Shown here piece after piece: positions 20,031 through 32,790 of a stretch of 64,000 nucleotides of DNA. This DNA is from an uncultured cyanobacterium. GTDB taxonomy: Bacteria; Cyanobacteriota; Cyanobacteriia; CAKZMO01. The stretch is from assembly GCA_963719515.1 (NCBI GenBank), contig CAVRCJ010000001.1, forward strand, positions 223,153 to 287,152, read 5' to 3'. The notes beneath the pieces were generated by a model. That model was not told where the DNA came from. It worked only from the letters and a program-made list of their open reading frames with translations, and made no database searches. A program made the position numbers and the translations under genes. The first letter of the stretch is position 1; every line of letters begins with the position of its first letter.

Positions 20031-21566
20031 TCAGCTGATTGGCTCTAGTAACCGAAAAGGCCTAGGTCAAGTTCTTACGTCCGCACTGGCACAATCGAGG
20101 CTACAACCTCAACGAGCTAGCCTCTCTTCGACAAGCGACAGGGCTCGAGCTGTCAACGCCTTCGACTATGGCACTGGCTGGTCGAGATGTATGCGCCTGC
20201 TGCGGTTGGGTCAAAAGAAAGAAATCGAGAGAGACCTTGGAGGTGAACTGCAGTATGTGGGCTAGATCATCAGTGACCGCATCTCCAATGTTTTGAAGGC
20301 AAGCCCTTGGAGGCCTGAGGGTCGACCTGCAGGTGGCGCTGTCCTTTTGCCGCAGCATGAAGCAGTGGCGCTCGATGCGCTGCTGGGCTATCAGTTGCGA
20401 TTGAGGCACTACGGGATCGTCGCGAGGTCTTCACTCAGGGAGGCTTACGTCGATGCCCACGTGCTGAAGTCGGCCCTCATGCCGCTGATCTACGAGGGGC
20501 GGCTGACCGGCATCTGTATCTGGAGAAAGATCTGGTGGAGGGGGCTTTACGGCGATGGCTCCATGGTAGAGCGTAATTCATTGAGCTTAGGGACGATGTC
20601 GTGTGGTATTGGGAACATCGCGACTTTCCCAGCCGAACGACGCCCTGTTCGGGTTGAGCTAGAGCAGCCGGCGTATAGCGCAACGCTGTATCGCTCTGCC
20701 AGCTGCGCTGACGGCGTTTCTCGGCTCAGGCAATTATTGTTCGCAATGAGGAGCGGCAGGTGATTGAGTGCATCAACTATGGCGATACTGGTCAGTTAGC
20801 GCAACCTCAGCCGGGCAGCAGCGCAGCAGCCGTCTTGGGCTTTGCCTGTGAGCAAGCTCAGTCAAGCTCTGATGCGTCCCAGTGATAGCTTTACAGCGCG
20901 GATAGAAAGTTTGGGTTTAGCCTCGAAAAAGACCTTTAAGTCCCTCTCTTACCATAATTTCAAGCTGCCCAACGCTATCCATTGCCTACCATAGATAGTT
21001 TTTCGCATCATATCAGCGCGAAAAATTCTGAAGCGATTATAGACCACGACCATCGCAGCCGCCACCATCAAAGCCACGGCCATCGTAGCCGCTACTCCCG
21101 TCGCAGCTACTTCCACCATCGATGCTACCTCCACCGTCAATGCTGCTTCCAGAATCAGAGCCGCCGTCCAAAAAGCCACCAACATACAGAGAAGGCGAGT
21201 ATCCCTCGTTCTAGCTGTTCGGCGCGTTGATAGATTACGGCTGGAAAGAACTTTGCGAGAAAGACAAAAAGTATTAAGACAGCGATGAGCAAAATAATCG
21301 GATGAGTTCCTCTTTTTAAGAAGAAGGTTTACTAAAATGCGAATAAGGCTTGAGATCTGAGTGACTGACAAAAGATGATGCGGCAGAGGCTGAAACGATG
21401 AGCCGGTGGGGATTGAGGGATAGCTAAGTGGAGTCGAGCGTTCGAAGATTTAGATTCCACTGAAAACCGTTAGAACCTGTGAAAAAACTCCGCCTCTACA
21501 ATGCCTTGAGCCAGTGGCTACGTCAAGCCTGCCCGTGGAGCACAAAACACATCTGGTAGGCTGCCT

Positions 21567-22670
21567 GTGGATGGTGGTGGCATTATTCAAAGCGGCGAGG
21601 CGAACTTGACCCGCTGGCTGTCCTACCTGCCGTGCCGAGGAAAGTATGCCCGAAGTAAGCAACGGCGGCTATCGAGATGGCTGAACAATAGGCGCATCAA
21701 AGTGCACAAGCTCTACATGCCACTGATTCGCGCTGCTCTAGCGGACTGGGAGGAAAGCTGTCTATATCTGAGCCTTGATACCGCGCTGTTCTGGGACGAA
21801 TACTGCTTGGTGCGTGTCGCTGTCGTCTACCGCGGGCGGGCACTGCCCTTAGCTTGGCGAGTGCTGCATCATAAGAGCGCATCGGTGTCGTTCGACGCCT
21901 ACCGAGGGATGCTACATCAGGCCGCTGCTGTCTGCCGAGCGGTAAAGGTGATTTTTCTTGCAGACCGAGGCTTTGTGCAAAGCGAGCTGATGCGCGCCTC
22001 GCTCGCGCCACTGGCGATGGCACTACCGCATTCGGCTCGAAGAAGGACACCTGGGTATGGCGAAATGGCAAGGGCTGGCGGCAGCTCAAGGACTTCCACT
22101 CGCTCGGGGTGAGGCTTTCTGCTTCCACAACGTCCGCTTACACAAACAGCAGCGCTATGGCCCAGTCCACATTGCCTTTGGCTGCAACAGCGTCAACGGT
22201 GAGTTTTGGGCTATCATCAGCGATGAACCTACCACCCTGCAAACCTTTCGTGAGTACGGTCTGCGCTTCGATATCGAGGAATCCTTCTTGGACGACGAAT
22301 CCAACGGCTGGAATGTCCAAAAGTCCCACATTCGCTCTGCCCAGGCCTTCGAGACCATGGTTCATCCTAGCGCTAGCAACGCTTTACGCGACTGCCCAAG
22401 GCACTGAAGTGGTCAGTGCAGGAAAGCGTCGCTGGATTGACCTCATCGGTCCCGAGGCAACAGCTACTTCGCATCGGCTGTGAGTGGGTCAAAGCAGCTC
22501 TCGAAGACGGTTGGCGACTGATTCGCTCTGTCATCTTCTCTTCCGGTTACGACCCTGACCCCGTCATGCCATCGCGAAAGCAGCACCGCATACGAGCCGA
22601 GCGCCTTGAGTTTAAGGTACAAACGTACCGCTATCCCCCGACTAACTTTTGTCAGTCACTCAGGGCTTGA
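21567..22670 (+). mobile_element. IS4-superfamily (DDE) transposase, broken into at least 3 frames
   Basis: ORFs 21567-22112, 22057-22407 and 22416-22670 are consecutive pieces (..VIFLADRGF.., ..FREYGLRFDIEESFLDDESNGW..). The N-terminal part is paralogous to 29037-29603. Confidence 0.55.
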
Positions 22671-22734
22671 GATATAGCATAACGGCTCAAATCAGCGGCG
22701 GCGATCTAACTTAAACCTAACACCAGAAGTGGTG

Positions 22735-22800
22735 AGCCACAAATAAACGGTGTGGAGGTTCGCCCCGCCGGGGGGCGAACCTCCTGTTAGCGTCGTTCAG
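22735..22800. repeat. small palindromic element (taaacggtgt.g.ggttcgcccc ... cgtcgtt.a.ttatgg) with a perfect 12-bp-stem hairpin gaggttcgccccGCCGGggggcgaacctc
   Basis: A second copy with the same ends lies at 61640-61700. Confidence 0.45.
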
Positions 22801-25800
22801 TTATGGCCTTCTACTTAATGAGCATGTTGGGTTAGAGCGCAAGCGGAATCGTACGAATTGAAGCCAATGAGCCTCTTCTAAATATCTATTGTATTGGTTT
22901 AGTTGCTTAAGACAGACCGGTTGGCTCAAAGCCTCACGTTGTGTAGGCAACTGAACGCGCAGATGGCTTTGGAGTTGATCTGTAGGACATAAACGTATAA
23001 CCATAGGTGTCGTTAAATTGTTCAACAGTGTAATTTTCTCCTCTGTTTCACGAATTATGGCTTCAGTGATTGGGGCGACTTCGTGCTGCTGTATCGCTTG
23101 TGGAGCGGTTCATAAGATTGATTGATGAGGGCGACTGGCAGCGGGTGGGAGAAAGCACGCTAAAGCGAGACCGATGGCCGGGTCTATTCTCCATCTCGCC
23201 GCCGATCGTTGAGTAGGCGTTTTGCCGACAGGCGATCACAGGCTCGGCGCATCATCAGAAACGAGCCGAGCTCTGAGATGACGGCAATGCCGCTGTTGGC
23301 AAGCAGCGATCGCCAGCATTCGAGCGCGGCTCAAAGCCCAGATTGTAGATGGCCTCTCCGACCAAAGCAGGTTGATTGACCCCGCCGGCCAATTGAGTTC
23401 GCCCATGTCTTCGGAGATGGGAAGAATCACGGCGCCAGGCTACGGGTTGGGCTGGGTTTTGAGTTCATCGATAAAAACCGGCGAGGTATCCGACCGCCCT
23501 ACGGGGGCTGATAACGCTGGGCCAGCAGCAGGGCACAGCGCCACTGCCTGACCCCAGGTCAGCGATCGTGGGCGGGCGGCAGCGTCGTAAGGCCATCTAA
23601 AATGCGGCGCGAGAAGGTGGAATTGCTGGGCCTTGGTAAGGGAGATCGTGGCGCAAGTCAACGGAAGTGGTAACGTATTGGGTCTGGTTGTCCGTGCTCA
23701 CGCCAATTGTTGCGATCGCCAATAGCAAGCGGCTTTGGTGTATAAACGCCCCCGACTCACCTCCAGATAGAACAGACCTCAACGTCGATCCTCCGCCGCA
23801 ACCAGCGGCTCGACCGAACCGTCACGAAACAGCGACGTGGGGGTCCGAAGACCCCCAGCGTTATTCGCCTCAGCAAATCCTCCGCCAAGCACAGTCCGCC
23901 CGCCCCAACATTTTCGCGGTAGACCGATAGCCCTGGTCGCGATCGCTGATGACCTTGACCTCAATCGTGTTCTGTTGGCTGTTACGCCCCAGAAGCGCAG
24001 GTCACCAACCCCTCGGCCTGGCGGTTTGGCGAGGCCCCTCCCTGACTTTGGGATCAGCGTATCGCCGAGGAACCAGCGGGCGGCGCGAAAGCGATGGCTG
24101 CCGCCAGGCACCAGCTCAACGGTGGAGGCCTGGGGGCCAGCCAGCCGCCGACGTTAGGCCGGGTCAAGATGCCTCTTCGTATTGGAAGCCTTCGCCGTAG
24201 GGGTATCGAGCAGGGCATTGGAGTGCAGCACGATGCGGGTACGATGGCGTGATCACAAATGGTGATATCGACGCCGAAAGTCCGGGTCATACTGCACAGG
24301 GACGAGGGCGGGGGGATGGGCCGAGTGGGCGGATTCGAAGATAGCTCTGGCCTGCTTCTGGGCATAAAGAAGAGGGACGATCCAGCTTGGCGAGGTCAAG
24401 AGCCCAGCGCTGCCCTCGAACGACATCTATGCTGCTGGCGACGGTGCCCTCGAGACGCTGCCCTGGGTCGATTCGCACCGTATTTTGACGCCATTGCAGG
24501 GTTCACCCAACTGCTGCTGCGCGCGCTGGAGGAGCGGGACCTCGAGATCAGACGGAAGGGTCAAACCGCAGCAGTGAACGATATCAGTCCGGAGCCCTGG
24601 GTGATGCTGCTATGATCGCACAATCATCTGGCGGACCCACGGGCTTCCCTGGGGAGATCGCAGCAGTCGGTGCTCGTTCGGGCGGAAGCTTCATCAGGGT
24701 CTCCCCGTAAGGGCGCAGGCCGAACGCGGAAAGAACGACCCGCGTTCGGCGTACAGCTTTCCCAAGCCCGCCTCATCGGCGGCATCGCCGTCAGACAGGG
24801 TACGTCTGCCGACCTGAGTTCGGTAGCGAGGGCCTTTAGCTTACCTCAGAATGTACCGGTGATGGCCTATTTAACCGAGCCGCTTGTCCCGATTGTTCGC
24901 CAAGGACCCGGCAGAGGATATGCCCAGAAATCCCGTTGCGCCAAAAATGATGAAGTCTCGCTCGGAGGTGATTGCCGATTAAATATCCTCTGTTCTCTGC
25001 GGTGATCTTTAATCTGTCGTAATCGAGAAAACTATTCCACTGGGAAGGGTGGGCAAAGATCTGTTCAGCACTTGGAAGCCCCCACTCCCAGCCTCTTCCC
25101 CGAATGCTGAGGGAAGGGAACGAGCTCCCCTCTCCCTTTCTGAGCGTGGCTGGAGGCCGTAGTGGGAGAGGGGGCCGGGGGAGAGGGCGAGGATTGCGCC
25201 AACCACATACGTGGGCAGTGCCCACCCCTACACCTTATTCTGCCAGCCTAGAATCTTCTCACAATCCCATCCCACCTTTTCTGGCCATGACTCGAACTCA
25301 AAGCCGCACAGTTCAACTGCAACGGAAGCTGCGGGCGGCTTTGGGCAGATTCTGACCCGGCAACTGTTGCGAAGGCAGTCAAAACGGGTTTCGCAGATCA
25401 TCCGTCTGCAATCTCGTCATCTGAGCTCAAAACCCTCCAGGTAGGGGGCCAGCGCGGGTAAGGTAATCGCTGTTCAGACATTGATTTGGCAGATGCTGAC
25501 GGATGCGAAGCCCCTGGATGCTGCTGTGCAGCAGCTCAAAATTGCGCTCGATGTTTCCATCAACAACGCTGGCATGGCCTCATAGGTCCGACGGACGAAC
25601 TGCCTGCTGACCGGTGGGAAATGATGCTGCAGGTCATGATGATCTCTATGCGCCTGAAGGAGCCGCTTTGCTGCCGACAGCATGTAGAGTTTAGGGCATA
25701 TCGTTGATCTTCTTGGCGGTATGGATTGCAGCGCCTGGGCTGAGCGCTTATGCTCAGAGCAATACGGCTGCGAGGCTTCAGCGAGGGCTGCGCCACTAGC

Positions 25801-26099
25801 TTGCCCCCTACAAGGTGCGGGTCACTCCACTGTCTATCCTTCTCCTTCAGCTGGACGCCGCCGCTGGACAGTCCTCGCGTTTGGGCAGACTTGCTAAATC
25901 CGACGTCACGCGGCCCCGGGGGCGCTGACGACGCACCCACTGGATTATGGCTGCTATGGTTCGAGCGGGTCGAGTGCAATCAGAATGAGGTGTTTCTAGA
26001 TAAATTTGCCTTAGTCGGCCATTGGGTGAAGTCGTCATTCTCCTGTTGTCTCTAGGCTTATCAGGGCGGGTCGTTCCTTTGAGCCAAGCCTGATCATGG

Positions 26100-26900
26100 T
26101 GTCAGACTGGTCCACCCACCGGTGTTGCCAGGCTTCCTCGACTATTCCCGAGACTCTTCAAGCGAAATATCATAGCGATCGCTCAGCAGCTTGGGAATGC
26201 GATCGCAGTCGCGATTGGGATTCAGGGGTGGCTGCTGGGCGTAGGCCGGTAGGGCAATGTGACACAGAAAAGGCGAGGGTTTGGCCTCGAGCTGAAAGGG
26301 TTCGAGGTTTAAGGCTGCTGTGAGTTGAGGAAAAACAGCAGGGCCTCGCTGAGATTGGCGTCGCTGAGGTTGGCGTTGGTGAGCAGGGCGCAGTTGAGGT
26401 CGGCGTCGCTGAGGTTGGCATGGCTAAAGTCAGTATCGCTGAGGTTGGCGTATCTGAGGTCGGCCCCGCTGAGGTTGGCGTATCTCAGCGTCGCCCCGCT
26501 AAATCAGCTCCGTTGAGGTTAGCGCCAATTAGGTTGACGCCGTTGAGGTCGGCCGCCTAGGTTAGCGCCGATCAGGGCAGTTCCATTGAGGGTGGCGCTG
26601 CTCAGGGCGGCCCGCTAAGGTCGGCATTGATCAAGGTGGCGCCGCTGAAGTTAGCCCCGTTGAGGTTGACCCCGCTGAAGTCGCTGCCGCCTGATCAGCG
26701 CCGCAGAAGTGGCGGTGAGGCTGAGGTCTGGGGTGTCTGCTTTGGCAGTGCGAAGCTTAAGCAACAGAAGGGCGACACCGGCAACCGCCGCAATCATCCC
26801 CAGATCACCGAGCAGGCTAGCACGGTGAAGTTGAACCAGAGCTTCGCGGGGAGACTGGTGACCATCCGGCTGCAGTCTGCGCTCAGGAGCCCCCCCCACA
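26100..26900 (-). pseudogene. pentapeptide-repeat protein, frameshifted
   Basis: The reverse strand of the 15-bp periodic repeats (gctgaggttggcgtc = DANLS) encodes A(D/N)LSx pentapeptides. The N-terminal hydrophobic segment is in ORF 26651-26908. No continuous frame exists. Confidence 0.45.
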
Positions 26901-27053
26901 TCATCCACAGCAGCGCTGGAGCGGCGATCGCGTTAATCACCCATCGCTTTCTGGGCCTGACGGGTTGCCGCTGCTTAGATTGCTCCTGCATTTTGAGCCT
27001 CCCTCGATGCTGAGCCCATTGTTACGCGCCTAGATCTGGGAAGGCTCCAATCT

Positions 27054-27771
27054 TTATGCGGGCTTAAGTACTTCGTCGCGATAGCGCTGCACGACTTCAA
27101 CAGCCTGCTTAACGCCATCCTCGGCCCGAACTGCCGCCCCGATCGCCTTGGCTTGCTGTTGCATTTTGGCATCCGAAACCGCCACTGCGATCGCTGTTGC
27201 CAATCGGTCTGCGGTGAGCTGAGACTTGGGAACGGGCGCCGGACTGGTGCCCAGTCGATGCACCCGGTCGCCCCAAAACGGCTGGTCTCCAAAGAATGGA
27301 ACGACGACCGACGGAACGCCCGCTTTGAGGGCTGCGGCGGTGGTTCCCGCACCGCCGTGGTGGACGATCGCCGCCATTTGGGGGAATAGCCAATCGTGGG
27401 GGGCGGAATCGAGCAAAAACACCTGGTCGGGCAAATCCGTCTGAGAGATCCCACCCCAGCCTGTGAGTAAAACGCCCCGCTGCCCTGTCAGCTTGAGCGC
27501 TTCTAAAACCACCTGGGTGAACTGGGCTGGGTTCTCGCCGCTCATGCTGCCAAAGCCGACGTAGACCGGCGGGGATGGCCTGGACATCGCCAGCGATCGC
27601 GGTAAACTCCAGGCCATAGCGCTGCACCATCGCCTGAAAGGTATCGTGGGTCGCGAGTTTGACCTGGTGTCCAGCCTGCTGCAGGCCCAGGCCTAGGGCG
27701 ATAAAAGGCTGAACATCTCCCCGCGATCCAGTGGTCAAGATGGTGATCTTCATAGGGCAAGCTGTCATCAC
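27054..27771 (-). pseudogene. GT1-family (UDP-glycosyltransferase/MGT-like) glycosyltransferase, frameshifted and internally shortened
   Basis: The N-terminal MKITILTTGSRGDVQPFIALGLGLQQAGHQV and the C-terminal PSPG-like region (HDWLFPQMAAIVHHGGAGTTAAALKAGVPSVVVPFFGDQPFW) sit in two overlapping frames. Total length (~240 aa) is far short of GT1. Confidence 0.55.
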
Positions 27772-28639
27772 GCTGAAACCTTAAAGCGGGTAGCGCTGCC
27801 CACTAACCCACCGCACGTCCTCTATAAGCGTTATTACTGCTCTCGCATTCGCCGAAGTGCAATAGTAATCGTCCTGATGGTATGTGAGGATACTCTTCTA
27901 TGGAAAGAGCAAGCAGCAGTTATGCCCATGGTACAACCAGATCATTTGGAGGCCATACTGTGGTGCAACTCATCAAGCGGGTGATTTCGGTTGGAGCAGC
28001 GGCAGTAATTGGCGCGTTGGGTATGGCCTGCTCGGGCGAGCGCAAGCTGGAGGCCTGCCGATTTATTGAAATTGAACCCGCCGAAAGGAATTCGATCCGC
28101 GAAACTATAACGGAGCGGGCAATTCGCGAGGGCTGGGAACTGGAGGCGCTTTGCGAGATTCGCTGATTGATTTTAAGGGAAGCTGGCTTTTGAATCAGCT
28201 AGGGGTAGATATCAAAAGCGCGTATGACGAAGCTGATCCCAAGTAGGGCGCTGCGACACTCGCCCGAAATGGGCTATCTATTAAATCGATGAGGCTTCGG
28301 GCAGGCGTAATCCGAAAATTCGGCGACCTCACGCACTGTAGACGATGAATTTCGGCTAAGAAGGGAAACACCTGGAATTTTGATGATTGGCGGTATCAGG
28401 GTGCAGACTGCAGCTGCCTTAGAGGTGCAGAAATCTCGAAGGAGGCTTAAGCGGCTCATCGTGAGAAGCCGACCACCCTGAGAACTCGATTGGCAGTCTA
28501 AAGCGGCTCGCTTGCGCCTCGAGGCACAGGCTTTAGGTGGACTTTGGGGCGGCGGGCGATCAGCGTTGGCAGTCACACTCGCCTGTAGCAGCACCGTCCT
28601 ATATTTCTCGACCAAGCTGCAGAAAACTCAGTCCCCTAT

Positions 28640-29603
28640 CGCCATGCCAGTCGAGCTTTGAGCGTTGACCGCTGTGAACAAGGATCATGCCAACGATCAG
28701 CGCGATCAGATAGGCCGTGTCCAACAGCATGAATAGACACGTCAGGGCTTGAGCATCCCTCAGACCGGAAGCGACAACATTGAAGGCCGCCGACTTGTAG
28801 TCTTTGAAGTACGGCTCTATGCCGCCAAAGCGCTTGCCGTAGAGCGCGAAGGTTTGCAGGGAGGGGGGCGTGCTGATAGACCGCCCGGGCTCGCTGGCGT
28901 TGGGAAGGTGGCCTGTGACGAGGTGCGCCTCAATGTCCTCTAAGACAGTGACATTGTGTAATAGATAAGCTTGCTGCTCTGGGGGGATCGATATTGCACC
29001 GAACGAGTCGCTCCGGTGGCGAGGCGGACCTGCATGTCACACTTGACCCCAACCGCCCACTGCCACTGGCGCTCCTCGGCCGGACCAGCAGTTCTCTGTG
29101 GGCAAAGCTCGGTCAGCCGACAGCGTCACCCCGCAACCGGAGGGCACCAGCGCTTTGGCTGCCTCGAGAACGGGTTTGTCGTCCTTGAAGGCGACACTAG
29201 CACTCTTGTGCTCTAGCACCACCTGAGCCAAGGCAAACGAGCGCCCACCCCACACCAGACAGACTTCCACCAAACAGAACTGCTCCCACAGCATGCTGGT
29301 GTCTAAAGTTAGGGTAATCTCGCTGCCGTCAAATGCTTGCAGAGCATGGCGTAGGAGCGGTACGTAGAAGCGCTCAGCGCTGATGTGCTGGTTGTGAACC
29401 AAGTAGCTTAGGCGCTCCATGTGTGCTCTAGCCTCGCAGTTTCGATGGCTCAGGTAGGTGACCCATTTCCCCAGACAGGCGCTTTGAGATTGCAGGATAG
29501 CAGCGACTGCTTCTGCAACGCCTTGCAGGTGACGCTCGTCTTTTGGGTTGACCCATTGACGTAGTTGGTCCATCAGCTGACGATAAAGCAGGGGTGTTTC
29601 CAT
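28640..29603 (-). mobile_element. IS4-superfamily transposase relic (N-terminal ORF 29037-29603 plus frameshifted C-terminal remnant 28640-28960)
   Basis: N-terminal LTLDTSMLWEQFCLVEVCLVWGGRSFALAQVVLEHKSASVAF parallels 21700-21900. The C-terminal remnant encodes ...YGKRFGGIEPYFKDYKS... Confidence 0.5.
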
Positions 29604-30004
29604 TGATTTAGCTTTGAGTTGGGGAACTTAAGCTTCTCATGGAACACCCCTACCGTTAACCCCTGTCCTAGGCTGAGACTTTATGTATACCAATACTTTC
29701 AGGACTTCCCTGCACCACTAAGCTGCAGCTGCGAAGGGCGTCGAACCTCGCCCGCGGATGGATCGCTGGCTAATGAAGGACACCCGCTCAAGCGGCGTTA
29801 AGATACTCCGGATAGGCGTTTCAAGAACCGGATGACGGCAGCGGGCAACCTCCATCACTCGATTTCCAGCCTTGCTCAAGGGGGAACCGGTAGCGGCATT
29901 AGACGGGAGGCTCCGCTGTGCCCACGGCGGCGGCACTGTGGGCGTGATTCCGGCGTTTCTCGACCATTGGACCAGCTGGAATCAGGACGCTGAGTTTTCG
30001 GTGA

Positions 30005-30554
30005 TTGCGGTTTGCCCTCTCGCTGCTGAGCCGGGCTACTCGGGCGCAGGGTGAAGTGGAGCTGGTTCCTCAGGTTTCGGTTGAGGATTTGGTCGTTGAG
30101 CAGCTGGCCTGGCGCTCGGGCGAAAATCCAGACGGGCTGTCTGTCTGGTCGGCTGTATGGCGAGCCGTTAGGGATAGCGATCGCGGCTCGTTTGGCGGGG
30201 AATTACGGGGGTCGTGGCCGAAGGTTAAGGCCAGTGGGTTATCGCGATCGCAGCTGGCGCGGGTCGTTGATTATATGCAGGCGAATTTGGCGCGGGATTT
30301 ATCGGTTTTCGATTTGGCGGCTTTGACAGGGATGAGTGAGTCTCCTTTGCTCGCTCTTTCAAGCGATTGGCGGGGGTGTCGCCCTATCGATATTTGTTGC
30401 GGCTGCGGGAGGACGGGCGAAGGTGCTGTTGGCGGGGCGATCGGTTTCGATTAGCGCTGTTGCTCTGGATTGTGGGTTTGCGAATCAGACGCGTTTGACA
30501 AAGGTTTTTCGGCGGGTGATGGGGGTGACGCCTGGAGTTTATCGAAGGCGGTGA
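30005..30554 (+). pseudogene. AraC-family regulator C-terminal HTH fragment (frameshifted)
   Basis: LSRSQLARVVDYMQANLARDLSVFDLAALTGMSESP (first HTH), and ...VALDCGFANQTRLTKVFRRVMGVTPGVYRR (second HTH) in another frame. A ~35-bp piece (cagacgggctgtctgtctgg) recurs at 37800. Confidence 0.5.
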
Positions 30555-30585
30555 TTTAGAGGATGTCAAATCTGCGCACTGTAGA

Positions 30586-30669
30586 GGTAACAGTCACGCT
30601 CACCGGGCGCAGACAACCTTTGCGGCACGACCGAAGTTTTGGGTCGTTCCGGTGACGCGGTTGTTAGAC
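30586..30669. repeat. attC-like imperfect palindrome (GGTAAC-agTCACGCTCACCG ... CGGTGACGCGG-ttGTTAGAC)
   Basis: Outer cores are reverse complements (..TAAC / GTTAGAC) with inner inverted repeats. It sits exactly at the high-GC to AT-rich transition. Confidence 0.45.
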
Positions 30670-31790
30670 TCTTGGTGGGTTGCAGGTAATTAGCTGGTAA
30701 TCAACGATTCATGGTTTTCCCAGTTTTACCTCTAGTTTCTGTGCGAGCTCTGCTGCATCTGTAGCTTTTAGCTTTCCAATATCGAAATATTGCTTACTGC
30801 CGAACATCCTCCTGAACTTGCTTGACAAGATTAGTGGGATGCATATCATCCAATATAAATACCCTTACTGGATACCAAGATTCTCCAATTTCTTGGCGAC
30901 ATTTTATCGCAATCTGAATCATATCTTTTTCTAATCGGCTGACATTCGCTCCACAACAGACTCGCTTCATCTTCGTCTTCAGATTCCGAATCTACGACTG
31001 CTCGATTCGCGATACTTGTTCGACACATTTGTTGCGATATGCCCCAAAGTACAACTACGACGATGATTATAGGCTCCAGTTTGTGCTGGACAAGTGTATA
31101 TCTTTGTGTTCAGTACATATCAAACTTCCCTGTGCAGTTTACGACATCCAAGCGATACCTCCAAGACGGCAGCAAGCTATTTTCATCAAATATTGCGCCC
31201 AAATCTGAACTGCATCAATCAGATTTTTCGGCAGATAAGGCAACTGAATTGCTTGAAGAAATTGTTCAAAACTAACAAATGTAAAAGCAATACCCCTTCT
31301 TTAGCCTTGATTTCAACGTCCCGTAAAACCGGGTAGTTTGCTCGATGTTGCTGCTCAAAGTTGCCTAAAGCTATAAGTATTCTCTCTCCTTGCCTTGCTT
31401 CCGATATCTGTCGATGGGCTGGAAGACGTTCTTCCCCGAATCGCTGCCAAGCTTTGTCTCGATCAAAGTGAGAACGATCTTGAAAATTTCACCATCTGGC
31501 ACGCTGTCTTTCCCACGGCGCTGTTGAATGAACTTTACACCTACCGTTCCTGAAAAGCTTTCACCGATAGTAATCCTCGTGCTCCGAGAGAAATTTCGGA
31601 TTCTCTTGGTTCAGCATCTTAGAATTAAAAGACAGTGATTTGTTGTTTGATTTTCTCTCTGCCAGTAAGTTCGGAACAGACGTATGCTTCGACCCCGTCG
31701 TTTGTCGTTGTTAAGTTGACTAGAATGTCGATTCTACTTTCAAGCTCCTAGCTGATTTCTTAAATTGTACGCAGTCGTTGATTTAAGAGG

Positions 31791-31872
31791 GCTAACGTTC
31801 GGGTCACGGTTATCAGGATCTTTACGTCTTATCAAGCGGGTATGGTAATCTACTGCACCCGAATTGTTATGC
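31791..31872. repeat. attC-like imperfect palindrome (GCTAACgttcGGGT ... ACCCgaattGTTATGC)
   Basis: Same architecture as the sites at 30586, 47675, 50549, 53042 and 54290. Confidence 0.45.
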
Positions 31873-31884
31873 GGCGTCGTTGAC

Positions 31885-31930
31885 AAAGTGCGGGGTAGGG
31901 GAATCGAACCCCTCAGCGTTGCTCTTGGAT
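31885..31930 (-). other. tRNA 3'-half-like sequence (T-arm AGGGG-TTCGATT-CCCCT plus acceptor 3' strand ACCCCGC-A), not a complete tRNA
   Basis: GGTTCGATTCC T-loop consensus on the reverse strand. No matching D-arm or anticodon arm could be folded upstream. Confidence 0.35.
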
Positions 31931-32039
31931 GAGGCACTCTTCCGAACCTACACCGCTCCCAGTACATCTGGGTAGTCATCACGACCTCCGCAGCACCGCT
32001 CCCCGCATGAACCGACCGACGTATAGACAACAGGTGCAA

Positions 32040-32628
32040 TCATAAGCCCCTCCTTAATGTTGGTGAACAACGGAACCATTCGTGCACTGTTGAGCAGCCC
32101 TTAAGTACTCCAGAAGTACCCGTATCACCAAGATTTTGGGAAGGCTTGAGTACCAACCACCCCCATGATGTTGTAATTCTAGCTTTCCAACTGGACTCGA
32201 CACAACTGTTGTAGATGTATTTAAATGCTTTATTTCTTCTTGCAATTCTCTCAAACCACCTCTCAGCGGTCAGTGCTCCCGCCCCACTGATGCGGTGCTG
32301 TCGACAAGGGTTCCCACATCCCGTTGTCCGGGTTTGCGTACCATTCGTTGAGAATGAGAATTGCTCCGAACGATAAACCCAACCCAACTCCAGCAGCAAG
32401 TCTCGAGCAAAGGAAAGCGACCCACTGTGGGATCTCGTTTTTGTCCTCAGAGACCTTCTCCAGAAATACTGCTGCTCTCGAGAAAGTTGCCCAAATTCCC
32501 CCGAAAATAGTTAAATGTTCACTCTGAGTAAGGATACCTCCAGACGGAAAGCGAAGCGTGATGATGATGAAGGGAATGAAGATGATGAGCCCCTCGACAG
32601 CATACAGAATTTCTTTGGGTTGTCTCAT
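32040..32628 (-). CDS. hypothetical small membrane protein (AT-rich putative cassette gene)
   Basis: 121 aa with 3 hydrophobic segments. It is the only long ORF in AT-rich block 30700-32750 and is transcribed away from the attI-like site. Confidence 0.4.
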
Positions 32629-32790
32629 CTTCCTCCTCGTGCCTCCTCCATAAATTTTCTATTCATTTTTGTAGGATCTCTTGATGAGAAACTCTGAAAT
32701 ATCAGCGTCCCAATGACCTGAGTTAACATAACGCTATATGCAAAAATAATAACCACTTAGCTATTATCTCAACTGGAAGAAAGCGGCATA

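Noticed and set aside
20982-21230. His/Arg/Ser-rich ORF and Gly/Ser-rich antisense frame over 9-12-bp periodic repeats
   Set aside because: It is a simple-sequence repeat with no supporting gene structure. It is not reported as a gene.
26325-26516. Plus-strand ORF with LRLA repeats
   Set aside because: It is the wrong-strand reading of the pentapeptide-repeat DNA. The sense strand is the minus strand (A(D/N)LSx units).
31880-31990. Possible complete tRNA gene on the reverse strand
   Set aside because: Only the T-arm and acceptor 3' strand are canonical. I could not form a D-arm or anticodon stem, and the candidate 5' acceptor strand has a mismatch. It is reported only as a tRNA 3' fragment.
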